Of a DNA stretch of 32,025 nucleotides, positions 23,467 through 32,025 are shown in pieces. The translations under genes were made by a program, and so were the position numbers. The DNA comes from a virus (taxonomy: Duplodnaviria; Caudoviricetes). Numbering within the stretch: the first letter of the stretch is position 1; each line of letters opens with the position of its first letter. The DNA lies in IMG/VR virus record IMGVR_UViG_3300042470_000626, positions 1 to 32,025 of that record. One strand, 5' to 3'. Below the pieces are notes generated by a model, which had not been told where the DNA came from, searched no databases, and saw nothing but the letters and a program-made list of their open reading frames with translations.

Positions 23467-25574
23467 GGGCACGCGATGCTCCATGTTTCCCCTGGGAACC
23501 CAGGGTTGTCGCCAATACAGTCCTCCTCGTCGCACGGCGGGGGTGTGTTCCCAAGCCACTGGAGGTTCCACAGGCACAACACGCCGCCATACGGAGCGGA
23601 AAGCGCTTCAGATGTTATGTCTCGCACCTCCTGCGTCCTACAGTCCAACAGCAGCACTCTGTGGAGAACCCAAGTACGAAAGGCGTAGGATTTGTTGCCG
23701 TTAATGGGGTTTGTGTAGCAGAGGTTTGCCGTTTCCTCTGTCTGATTCACTCTGATTTCCTCCCACCACAGCGTGCATCCAGGTGGGGCTGTCCAGTCCT
23801 GCCTGTAAGGCGCCGCTCCCCACATTGAGTTTGGTACGACGTTCAGAGTGGACTGCCTGTAGTATCCACCCGCCGTTTGGCCGCTCCATGACGGCGGAAC
23901 AAAAGAACACTCCGGCAGACATGACTCGCAGCACGGGGATTCCGGGTCGACTTCGTCGCAGTCCACTCGCTGCCATGTGCCGCACGGGCCTTCGGCGGAC
24001 GCCTGGTCACACTGACTGTATTCAGGCAAGTCGCGCGGCGGGCAGTCTTCGCAGGACGATACTGATCGAGTGCGCTCGCACAACGCGAGGTAACCCGATC
24101 CTCCGTCGGTGACATCCAGAGATGTGATTTGTCCGAATGTCGGGCTCGAGGTGTCCGTGTCGATTGTGGGTACGATGACGGCCCCGGAACCGTATCCCCC
24201 AGTGATGGTGACAGTGGGCGTCGCGACATATGGGTCGACTGTCGGGACTTCGCGGTAGTACGCGCCTCCGTCGGTTACGGCAACGCTGAGTATTGCGCCG
24301 TTTTCGTCAACCTCCGCGACCTGGGCTGATGCCTCCTGCAATGTGATGGGGTTTGGTTCTGGGTCTGCACCGTAATACTGACCTGCGTTACTGACAACGA
24401 CAGACTCAATGACGCCCGTGTTCTTGTAATACACGCCCATGGAAGACAACTCAACTTCCAGAACGGCGCCGTTCTCGTCAACGGACAAGACGTAGCAGTC
24501 CGCCTCCGCCGACATAGTTCCGTCGGTTACGGTGACGAAAAACAAATCCCACTCGACGTAGCCAGATCCGCCATTCACGACCTGGAATGCAGTGGCTCGC
24601 CACACAGATCGGCCAGAGCCTTGCCAGTTGGCTGTTTCTGCCATCGTGACCGTAACGACGGCTCCCGTGCCGTTGCAGAACGGTGCGCCCAGTTGGTTAA
24701 CGGCAACCGTCGGGGCGACTCGTGATGTGCGCACGCTGGCCGTCGCGCCCGCCTGCGTGGTGTCGCCGGCGGCGGCGGTGACCGTGACGGATGCTCCGTC
24801 AGCGTATCCGCTCCCTCCTGCCGCTACCGCAATGCCCGAGACTCGCCATGTTTTTGGGCTGACAGCGTTTTCTGCGATTGAGACTGTCAGGCTGCCCCCG
24901 GAACCCCCAGTAGCACTCGCCGTCAGTGTTGGCGGCTCGCGGCTGAGGCCCGCGGTGAAGGCGATAGTCGGGCACCCACTGTATTGGTCGGCCACATAGC
25001 CGCTGCCTCCGCTGATGACCTGGACAGATGCGACGCGCCAAACTCGAAGCCCGCAGCCGAGAGGGTCGTCCACTTCTTCAAGCGTCACGCCCAGGACGGC
25101 GCCCGAACCTCCCTGGACGCAATACGACGAATCCAGCGGGGCGGCAGTGACCGTTGGTGCAACGTGCCCGAGTTTGGCGAGTTTGCCGGACTGCGATGCA
25201 ATCGTGGCGGACAAGATTTGGCCGCATCCGATTACGACTTCATCTACGACGGCGAAGTAAACGAACGACGTGTTTGTGGAGTAGTCGAAATAGGATTGAG
25301 GCCAGCAGTTATTTGCGAACGTGATTCGGATGGCCGTGCGAGAGTCGGTGTACGGCTCATACCCCTCCGGGCAGTCGCCGTCGCATTCAGTGTTCACGCG
25401 CTCGTGGCATTGGTATGTGCGAGTGCATTCCTCGCACGACTCTTTCGTCGTGTATTGGCACTTCACTTGGCCGTCTATCACGCACCCGAAGCATCCACAA
25501 CAGCACGCCTGCTCCGTTCCCACCTTCCCGTCACGCAGGACAGGCTTGCCGTCTGTGAAGGTGATGAGCGTCAT
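23463..25574 (-). CDS. 703-aa Cys-rich tail protein with GGSGY beta repeats
   Basis: ATG at 25574 in an ATGA overlap; about 35 Cys; repeated PTV...GSGA...WRV...GGSGY units. Confidence 0.75.
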   Translation of the reverse strand: MTLITFTDGKPVLRDGKVGTEQACCCGCFGCVIDGQVKCQYTTKESCEECTRTYQCHERVNTECDGDCPEGYEPYTDSRTAIRITFANNCWPQSYFDYSTNTSFVYFAVVDEVVIGCGQILSATIASQSGKLAKLGHVAPTVTAAPLDSSYCVQGGSGAVLGVTLEEVDDPLGCGLRVWRVASVQVISGGSGYVADQYSGCPTIAFTAGLSREPPTLTASATGGSGGSLTVSIAENAVSPKTWRVSGIAVAAGGSGYADGASVTVTAAAGDTTQAGATASVRTSRVAPTVAVNQLGAPFCNGTGAVVTVTMAETANWQGSGRSVWRATAFQVVNGGSGYVEWDLFFVTVTDGTMSAEADCYVLSVDENGAVLEVELSSMGVYYKNTGVIESVVVSNAGQYYGADPEPNPITLQEASAQVAEVDENGAILSVAVTDGGAYYREVPTVDPYVATPTVTITGGYGSGAVIVPTIDTDTSSPTFGQITSLDVTDGGSGYLALCERTRSVSSCEDCPPRDLPEYSQCDQASAEGPCGTWQRVDCDEVDPESPCCESCLPECSFVPPSWSGQTAGGYYRQSTLNVVPNSMWGAAPYRQDWTAPPGCTLWWEEIRVNQTEETANLCYTNPINGNKSYAFRTWVLHRVLLLDCRTQEVRDITSEALSAPYGGVLCLWNLQWLGNTPPPCDEEDCIGDNPGFPGETWSIACP

Positions 25575-26083
25575 GTGATCGACACCGTCGAGGTCGAGCA
25601 GGAGATGACGCTGTACCACTGCAAGCCCTGGCAGGCCGTGTAGTTCGTGTCCGAAGCGCCGTGGCCGAGGAGTTGAATCTGGCCCGCATCGTAGTTCGGC
25701 AGTTCGGTCAGATCGAAACCGCCCACCACCATCGTGCAAGTCTGCGTCGGCACCTGAATCTCGACAGCCGTCTGCGTCCCCATGACGGAGCCGAAGACGA
25801 CGTTGAACGAGGCCGACGATGCCGCGTCCCCGTCGGCGTCGATGCAGTAGTTCGTGACCGCGTAGGTCTGCGTCGAGCCGGCCAACGTCACGACGGCCGT
25901 TGTGCCGATGGCCCACGAGCCGGTGTAGGTGCCGCGCTTGAGCTTTTGGCCGGGGGACGGAATGTCCTCGAACCTTGACGGAGGCTCGTTCCTAGTCACT
26001 CGGTACGGCATCTCCCCGACGCGAGTGATCGTCTCCTTGATCGCGTCGCGTAGGCCAGGGCCGATGAGATAGCCTTCTGCCAT
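25571..26083 (-). CDS. Putative minor tail protein
   Basis: 170 aa in the operon downstream of the tape measure gene. Confidence 0.7.
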   Translation of the reverse strand: MAEGYLIGPGLRDAIKETITRVGEMPYRVTRNEPPSRFEDIPSPGQKLKRGTYTGSWAIGTTAVVTLAGSTQTYAVTNYCIDADGDAASSASFNVVFGSVMGTQTAVEIQVPTQTCTMVVGGFDLTELPNYDAGQIQLLGHGASDTNYTACQGLQWYSVISCSTSTVSIT

Positions 26084-26085
26084 GA

Positions 26086-27153
26086 CTACAATCCGAAGGC
26101 GGCGAAGTTGTTCTGGAACGGGATGGACTCTTGAACCACGACCGTCTTGGTGAGCACCTTGCGGTCACCGTCCAGCTTCCGCGGCGTTCCGTTCTCGTTC
26201 AGGGCCACAGGCTGCGCAGACGGACGCTGCGACGCGCCGCCGTCGCTGTGATTGATGAGGATATTCGCCCGCATCTTGCGTCCCTGCGTGCCGACGGCAT
26301 AGGTGTGGCCGTTCTGCCAATCCTTGATCTTTCCTCCATCTGTCAGTTCTAGGCTAAGAGCGCCTTCGTCTACGTCGGCGGCGCCGAGGCCGTCGTTCTT
26401 GATGTTAAAGCTGGACAACGGATAGGTGATGTTCCAGTCGGTGCTGCTGGTCTTGACGCAGAACTCGTAGACGCAACTGTAGCCGCGCCACGGCTGCGGG
26501 TTGTCCCGACGTCCCGGCTCGACGACAGGCTGCACTTCAAGCGACCGGAACAGGCACTTGTGCCGCGGGATGTTCCATCCGAAAAACGCGAAGTCTGCCT
26601 CGTTCATTTTACCGACGTTGTTCAGGTCATTGATTGGGATGCCGTCGAGCCTTCGCTCGCCGCGGATGTTGACAATGGGGATGAGTTTCGTCAGCCCTTC
26701 GACTTGATCGTCCGACGGCTGCTTGGGCAGCCCCATGCCAAGCAGCGTCTGCCCCTGGAAGTCGCCGAGGTTGATCGCGTCCGTCGCCGGGACTTCCATC
26801 AACTGACAACTGACAGACCACTGGAATGGCCTTGCTTCCGGCGGATCGGACTGCGGGTCTCTGCCTGGGTTCTCCGGGTCTGTGCCTGGGGATGTCTGAT
26901 ACGTCGCCGTGACGACGCGGACGACGCGGGAGTTGCCTTCCGCCTTCTCGCTGATGGCGACGCACGGGACATTGGTGTTCACAGGATGGAGATCGCCGAT
27001 AAAGACGTCGATCTCCTCCTGGATGTTGTATGCCTCGTTCGGCGAGTTGAGGATGATGCGCCAAGTGCGGACGGAGACGTCGGCTAACTGGCCGCCGTCT
27101 GCCGACCGCTCGTTCGATCCGCCCTCGGTGATTTCCTTGACTAACTTGGGCAT
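26086..27153 (-). CDS. Putative minor tail / tail-tip (hub or distal-tail-like) protein
   Basis: 355 aa, beta-rich, second gene after the tape measure gene; assignment by position only. Confidence 0.6.
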   Translation of the reverse strand: MPKLVKEITEGGSNERSADGGQLADVSVRTWRIILNSPNEAYNIQEEIDVFIGDLHPVNTNVPCVAISEKAEGNSRVVRVVTATYQTSPGTDPENPGRDPQSDPPEARPFQWSVSCQLMEVPATDAINLGDFQGQTLLGMGLPKQPSDDQVEGLTKLIPIVNIRGERRLDGIPINDLNNVGKMNEADFAFFGWNIPRHKCLFRSLEVQPVVEPGRRDNPQPWRGYSCVYEFCVKTSSTDWNITYPLSSFNIKNDGLGAADVDEGALSLELTDGGKIKDWQNGHTYAVGTQGRKMRANILINHSDGGASQRPSAQPVALNENGTPRKLDGDRKVLTKTVVVQESIPFQNNFAAFGL

Positions 27154-27155
27154 CT

Positions 27156-27524
27156 TCAGCCCTCCGTAATGTCAACGCGAAGGCGGGTGCCGCTCGTTCC
27201 GATGGCCGCATACGCTTGGCCTGTAGTCATTCGGAAAATCTGCGGCTCGCCGGCCCGCAGCGTGCAGAGCGGGACGAATGAGCCTCCGGCCGTGATGCCG
27301 ACCTGGGCCGTCGAGGTTGTTGATGTGGACAGATTCCGAAGAAACGCCATGCCGACGCTGGACAGCGAGGCGGTCGAGATGGCCGTTGCGGAAGTGGTGA
27401 GTGCTAGCGTCATCGACTGGAGGCCAACCTGGGCCATCGTGGCCGTGATGCCGCTCGCCGAGACGGCGTTCGACAGGTTGTCTTTGTCAACCTTCATGGT
27501 GATGCTGTACGAGATGTCTGCCAC
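27156..27524 (-). CDS. Small Thr/Ser/Ala-rich beta virion protein
   Basis: GTG start with AGGAG upstream, immediately after the tape measure gene. Confidence 0.7.
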   Translation of the reverse strand: MADISYSITMKVDKDNLSNAVSASGITATMAQVGLQSMTLALTTSATAISTASLSSVGMAFLRNLSTSTTSTAQVGITAGGSFVPLCTLRAGEPQIFRMTTGQAYAAIGTSGTRLRVDITEG

Positions 27525-27538
27525 CGCTGTGCTCCTAG

Positions 27539-30500
27539 TTACAGGTCAACAACTACGTTCGTTTCGCGCTCGATTGCCGTCTTGATGTCCTCGAGCACGC
27601 CGGTTTGCTTCTGAAGTTCCACGAGGTTGACGTCCCGCGCGGAGTCATCGCCCCGCATGAGGCGGTTGAGTTCCCTGGCGCCTTCCGCTGTGTTGATGTC
27701 GGATACCTGGAGGGCTGCACGAGACGGGCCTTGCAGGCGGGCATTGAGAACCTCGTCGCGCAGCGACGCCAGGGCCGGTGCCAGTTGGTCGACAAGGTTT
27801 CTGGCCGCCTCCTGCACGCCTCCAGCACCAATCTCCGGCAGGGCGTTGCGCAGATCGACGGCGCCCTGGTCAATTTCGCGCCGCGTTCGCTCGCGATCCG
27901 ATAGCGCAAGCTCGCGGCCCCGCTGCCGCGACTCGATTTCCTGCGCGACGCGCTGATCTTGAATGTTTAGTTCGTCTGCCTGCCTGCGAAGCCTCGCAAC
28001 GCCAGGCTGCGACTCAAAACTCTGCGCCTGCTCAAGTTCAAGTCGCTGAACCCGCAGCCTGGCTCGCTCCTTATCGGAAGCAGATCGCGTTTCGTCATCG
28101 ACGATGGCCCGCTGCCGGCGAATCTCGTCGGCACGATCCCTGTCGGCCTGTCGGCCCCTCCCTGCCAGCAAGTCTCGCTCGAACCTCTCGCGCTCCGCAG
28201 AAATCTGCTCGTCAACCTTGAGTCGGTCGCGTTCAGTCTTTCGACGAGCCTCTGTGGCCTGCTGCTCGTCGCGCCTCGCCTGCGCCACTCTCGGATCGTT
28301 TTGTCCGAACTGGGCCTCGGCGGCATTGGCGTCGCGACGCAACTGCTCTTCGCGGCTGCGGCTTTCAGAAGCGACAGTGGCGGCAAGTTGCCCCGCCTGC
28401 GAGTCAAGAACCTGGGAGAAGCCCTGAACGGCGATCGCCGCACGCTCAAGGTTGGCCGCCAGTGCCTCAAGTTGCTTCGTGGCCTTGTCGACGCCGCGGC
28501 CAGACAGTGTCCCGTCAGCGATCTGCTGTGCGGTGTCGTTGAACCGAGACAGGAATGAGTCAATTCGCGATCCAGTAGCCGTGAATCCTTGAACGTTCTC
28601 CTGAAACGGCGCAAATCGGCCCGCAATGCGCTGGCCGCGCGTAATAAAATCTTCCGTCTGCCGCTGCTGCGACAGGGAGATGGCACCCTGCTGCGTTGCC
28701 AGACGCTCACGCAGGGCATTCTCGCGGTTGCGGCTCGTGCTAAAGCCAGGGAGGAATGTGCTCAAGCCCAACGTCAGGATCGACGGCAGGACAGAGTTTT
28801 GACGCCGCGCTCTCTCGCGGGCCAGTTCGTCCCTGGTAGAAGCACGCTGCTGACGAAGGCGATCAATCGGCGCAGAGTCGGCAAGGGACCGAACGCGGGC
28901 CGACGCCAGGCGCTCCTGACGGGCCAGTTCAGCGCGTGCCTGCCGGCTGGCCCTGGCGGCGTCCTGCGCTTGGCCGACGGTCGTCGCGTCGCCCATAGCC
29001 CTGTCGGCTGCCGCTACCGCCCCCCTCGCGGCGGCGAGTTGCGGGCTTTGTCCAGCCACGGCGTCCAGGGCGATGGCCTGTTGCTGGCGACGACGCTCCT
29101 GCTGCTCGCCGAGGCGATTGAATTGCTCGCGACCGCCCTCTGACATCCCAGACTCGGCGATGCTCCTGGCGAGTTCCTTGTAGGCGTCTGCCAGTTGCTT
29201 GACGCGGTCGCGTTGAGACTCCAAGGCAGAACTCATGCCCTTGGCGGCGTCTTCTCCATCCTTCGCGTTGAGCGCGAACCGTGCCAGCGGGATCAATAGC
29301 TGTGCGCCAATCGTGACGCCGAGAGCCGTGAACAACCCTGCCGTTCCGCCGAGAATGAACGCCAACTGCGAGACGTTGTTCGCGACGGCGCGAAGCCGCT
29401 GGTCGAGGCCGCCTGTAACGCTGAAGAAGTCGTCCAGCGCAAAGCCCGCCTGCTGGGCAGCCAGCGAGAACTTATCCATGCCAGCGCGGGCAATGTCGCC
29501 GCCGCGGCTAATCTGACGGAGGGCGTTTCCTTCGGAGATGCGGCCAGTCGCCGCCGCCGCCTTCGCTGCGGCGGCCTCGAGTCGCTGAATCTCACGACGG
29601 ACTTGCGGAAATCCTGCGTTGCCTTCCCGCACAGCCCGCGCGATGCGTTCGCGAAGTTGCTCATATGCCTTGGCTGCGGCGCCATTTGCCGTTGCGCCGA
29701 CCTGAATGAGAACCTTCTGCAACGCCTGCAACTCGCCGGTCGCCTGCTTGACGGATGCGTCGCTTGTGAACTCGCCGAATGACTGAAGGCTTGCAGCCGT
29801 CGCAGCACGCTTCGCAGCCTGTTCCAACCGCTGAAGCCTGGATGCGGCGGCGTCAATCTCTCGCTGGGCGGCCTGCGGCGCTCGCGCCAAGCGGAGAAAA
29901 TCCTGCTCGGCCTGCCTGATCGCAGGAATGAATCGAGACTGAACAGACGCCGGAAGCGACTCCACCTGCGACTTGACGGACACGAGCGACCCGCGGAGGC
30001 GCTCAAGTTGCCTCTGTGAGTCAAGGATGTCGCGGCCGATGTCGGTACTCGCCACTTGCGAGAAACCAGGCGGCGCAGCGGGGCCAAAGTTTTCCAAAGT
30101 GGGCGGCGGGCGAGGTGGGCCGAACTCGCCGGTCGCGTTGCCTGGGAACGTGACAAACTCTGTCGCCTGAACCTTCTTGTATCGTTCGGCCGACTCGATC
30201 AGGCGCTCAAGGGCCGCCTCTTCCTCCTCAAGACGCTGCGTAGTCCTCGTGATTGCGGCGTCGATCTGCGAGGTGTCCGACTGCTCGGCGGCCAGCCGCT
30301 CCCGCATGGCCCGCATCTGCTCGATCTGCCTGGCGTAGCTCCTGACGGCATCTTCCTGGCCGGCGATGCCGAAGCCGGCCCGCTCCATGCCGGAGAGCCT
30401 GTTGCCACGCTCGAACAGCGAGCCGGCGCGGTTCAGGGCATCGAACTGGCGCGGCGCTGCGTCGCGCAGCCCGCCGCCTTCACCCAACCTTGAAACCAAC

Positions 30501-31351
30501 TGGTTCGCCTGCGCAAGTCGATTGATAGCCGACGTCGTCAGGTTTACTTGCTCTTCCAGTTCCTTGAACTTTCGCCTGGAAATCTCGACGCCAGCCTCGG
30601 CCTCGTCCGTCATGTTCTGCACGCCCGTCTGCGCTCGAGACAGGGCTGGCACGAACGCGGCCTGAACCTCCGAAGACAGTTGCGCGAACTTTGACACCGC
30701 GTCAGAGAGCGGCGCGCTTAGACCGTCGGCAATGCTGCGGAGTTGACGCTCCTTGAGGAGCGTGGCCTCCAGTTGCCTCTCGCCGACAACATTGATGACA
30801 GCGTCGATCTGTTTGTCGTCGATGACGGCGAACTTCTCGATGACTGCGTCGAGTTGCTCTGCCCGAACCTTGACCTCCGTCTTGACGACGAAGTTGTCGA
30901 CGCTGCCGAGTTCGGCCCGCAGCCGCTTGACGGCGTCCAGACCGCCCGTGTTGCGAACGAAGTCGATGTCCTTCGACGAAATCTGGTTGATCGTTCGCTT
31001 CAGTTCGTCAAGCGAACGCAGGCCGCTCGTGCGGACGGCAATGTCGATGTCGGAGTCTTTGAGCTTGGCAAGGCTTGCCTGCAACTCCTCGACAGTCTTG
31101 ATTGCCCCAGGAAAGCCCTTGAACGACAACTTCAAGGAAGAGGCGTTTTGCAGCGCCCGCTCAAACTGCTGGAGCGGCGTGTAGATCGCCTGAATGGACT
31201 TGGACGCCTCGGAAGACGCTCGCCGCAGGGTCGATTGCACCTCGCGGGCGAAGTCTCTGGTCCGCGCAGCCGACTCGTTCAGGCCGCGGACATAACTGCC
31301 CGTGTTGGCCGAGACGACTGCCGAGATTTTGCCGAGGTAGCCGCGGGCCAT
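27539..31351 (-). CDS. Tape measure protein
   Basis: 1270 aa, Ala/Arg/Gln-rich and helical; YLGKISAVVSANT N-terminus; central hydrophobic segment; follows the tail chaperone genes. Confidence 0.88.
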   Translation of the reverse strand: MARGYLGKISAVVSANTGSYVRGLNESAARTRDFAREVQSTLRRASSEASKSIQAIYTPLQQFERALQNASSLKLSFKGFPGAIKTVEELQASLAKLKDSDIDIAVRTSGLRSLDELKRTINQISSKDIDFVRNTGGLDAVKRLRAELGSVDNFVVKTEVKVRAEQLDAVIEKFAVIDDKQIDAVINVVGERQLEATLLKERQLRSIADGLSAPLSDAVSKFAQLSSEVQAAFVPALSRAQTGVQNMTDEAEAGVEISRRKFKELEEQVNLTTSAINRLAQANQLVSRLGEGGGLRDAAPRQFDALNRAGSLFERGNRLSGMERAGFGIAGQEDAVRSYARQIEQMRAMRERLAAEQSDTSQIDAAITRTTQRLEEEEAALERLIESAERYKKVQATEFVTFPGNATGEFGPPRPPPTLENFGPAAPPGFSQVASTDIGRDILDSQRQLERLRGSLVSVKSQVESLPASVQSRFIPAIRQAEQDFLRLARAPQAAQREIDAAASRLQRLEQAAKRAATAASLQSFGEFTSDASVKQATGELQALQKVLIQVGATANGAAAKAYEQLRERIARAVREGNAGFPQVRREIQRLEAAAAKAAAATGRISEGNALRQISRGGDIARAGMDKFSLAAQQAGFALDDFFSVTGGLDQRLRAVANNVSQLAFILGGTAGLFTALGVTIGAQLLIPLARFALNAKDGEDAAKGMSSALESQRDRVKQLADAYKELARSIAESGMSEGGREQFNRLGEQQERRRQQQAIALDAVAGQSPQLAAARGAVAAADRAMGDATTVGQAQDAARASRQARAELARQERLASARVRSLADSAPIDRLRQQRASTRDELARERARRQNSVLPSILTLGLSTFLPGFSTSRNRENALRERLATQQGAISLSQQRQTEDFITRGQRIAGRFAPFQENVQGFTATGSRIDSFLSRFNDTAQQIADGTLSGRGVDKATKQLEALAANLERAAIAVQGFSQVLDSQAGQLAATVASESRSREEQLRRDANAAEAQFGQNDPRVAQARRDEQQATEARRKTERDRLKVDEQISAERERFERDLLAGRGRQADRDRADEIRRQRAIVDDETRSASDKERARLRVQRLELEQAQSFESQPGVARLRRQADELNIQDQRVAQEIESRQRGRELALSDRERTRREIDQGAVDLRNALPEIGAGGVQEAARNLVDQLAPALASLRDEVLNARLQGPSRAALQVSDINTAEGARELNRLMRGDDSARDVNLVELQKQTGVLEDIKTAIERETNVVVDL

Positions 31352-31355
31352 CGTC

Positions 31356-31670
31356 TCATCCTTGAGGCTTCTGCAACTTCATCAGTTCGGAGAACATTGC
31401 ATCCTGCGACTGCTTCGGCCGCTTCGACGCCGGGATGAATACTTCTTCTTCAGGCACCCGCTTGTAGTTGCCGGACGCCGCCATGATCGTCCGGCATATC
31501 CTGGCAGTCTGTTGCCAACTGTTCTCCAGCGGCCACCGCTGCTGGTATGCGTACCACTCCGACAACTCTTGCGAATCGACCGTCTCGAGAAGCTCTTTGA
31601 CCGACCGGCCCAGCGCCAGCGCTAGGTCGAAGTAGAACTTTCGCTCGGGGCGGTCGGTGAACCGTTTCCC
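31356..31670 (-). CDS. Frameshifted C-terminal extension of the tail assembly chaperone (gpGT-like)
   Basis: The -1 frame from the slippery site reads KRFTDRPERKFYFDLALALGRSVKELLETVDSQELSEWYAY... Confidence 0.8.
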   Translation of the reverse strand, partial: GKRFTDRPERKFYFDLALALGRSVKELLETVDSQELSEWYAYQQRWPLENSWQQTARICRTIMAASGNYKRVPEEEVFIPASKRPKQSQDAMFSELMKLQKPQG

Positions 31671-31996
31671 AGCGCATCCACGGCCTCGTCGGTGAAGGCG
31701 TTGTGCTGCCACGCCTTGTCGAAGAGACGGTTGATCACGACGCTGGACTTGCCGCCGAGGGCGTCGATGTCGGCGTCGGCGAACAGCCGCTCACCGGACT
31801 CGTCGGCCAGCGTCATCACGAGGAAGCGAACGCGGAACGCCTTCATCTTCTGCTCGCTGTAGGCTTCCTCGAACTTGTCGCGTTCGGTGCCGCTGATGGT
31901 GCGGATGTAGACGTCACCGCCCCACTCGGGGACCGGGACCGCCTCGGACAACTTCACATCCTTCGCCTCCAGAATCTTCGCCTTGCTCAACGCCAT
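31622..31996 (-). CDS. Tail assembly chaperone (gpG-like)
   Basis: VPVPEWGGDVYIRTISG, GERLF and DALGN; located just upstream of the tape measure gene. Confidence 0.88.
   Translation of the reverse strand: MALSKAKILEAKDVKLSEAVPVPEWGGDVYIRTISGTERDKFEEAYSEQKMKAFRVRFLVMTLADESGERLFADADIDALGGKSSVVINRLFDKAWQHNAFTDEAVDALGNGSPTAPSESSTST
31664..31670 (-). other. -1 programmed ribosomal frameshift heptamer G GGA AAC
   Basis: X XXY YYZ in the correct frame (CTG GGA AAC); a -1 slip joins the two chaperone ORFs. Confidence 0.88.
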
Positions 31997-32025
31997 GAAT
32001 CAGGTTCCTGCGTAATCTGTAACTC

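Noticed and set aside
17168-25574. Diversity-generating retroelement targeting the fibre genes
   Set aside because: No reverse transcriptase is present and I saw no TR/VR pair differing at adenines; the repeats found are short in-frame motif duplications.
95-31625. Numerous long plus-strand ORFs (e.g. 3319..4443, 10571..11890, 14348..15763)
   Set aside because: They are antisense shadows of well-supported minus-strand genes in high-GC DNA, with Arg/Pro/Ala-biased translations and no motifs; only 15764..15973 and int are accepted on +.
1-32025. CRISPR array or stop-codon reassignment
   Set aside because: No regularly spaced repeats were seen. Genes tile tightly using standard TGA, TAG and TAA stops, with intact full-length domains.

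Overview
A 32-kb segment of a GC-rich temperate tailed phage genome, probably a siphovirus. The host is inferred to be a planctomycete-like aquatic bacterium; this is not proven. Nearly all genes are on the minus strand and tightly coupled by ATGA/GTGA overlaps. Read in gene direction (right to left), the window holds: (1) a tail module with an assembly chaperone carrying a -1 slippery site, a 1270-aa tape measure protein and atypical Cys-rich tail-tip proteins; (2) a metallophosphoesterase, dCMP deaminase and dNMP kinase block; (3) a LamG-repeat fibre; (4) a tyrosine integrase on the + strand, next to an intact attP-like copy of a tRNA-Ala 3' end; (5) a replication module (tandem-HTH protein, SNF2 helicase, SSB-like protein, Prim-Pol, SF1 helicase); (6) a phage csrA, a DNA methyltransferase and VRR-NUC; (7) a four-gene amino-sugar tailoring cassette; (8) small modular ORFs. 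The most notable signals are these. Hairpins presenting an ANGGAN hexaloop lie at or near the ribosome-binding sites of at least six genes, including csrA itself and the integrase, suggesting a phage CsrA translational regulon. The attP geometry predicts that integration rewires transcription. The DegT/ATP-grasp/TylF/HAD cassette sits inside the early/middle gene run. Two virion proteins have nested domain architectures. All function calls come from motif recognition by eye; no database searches were run.
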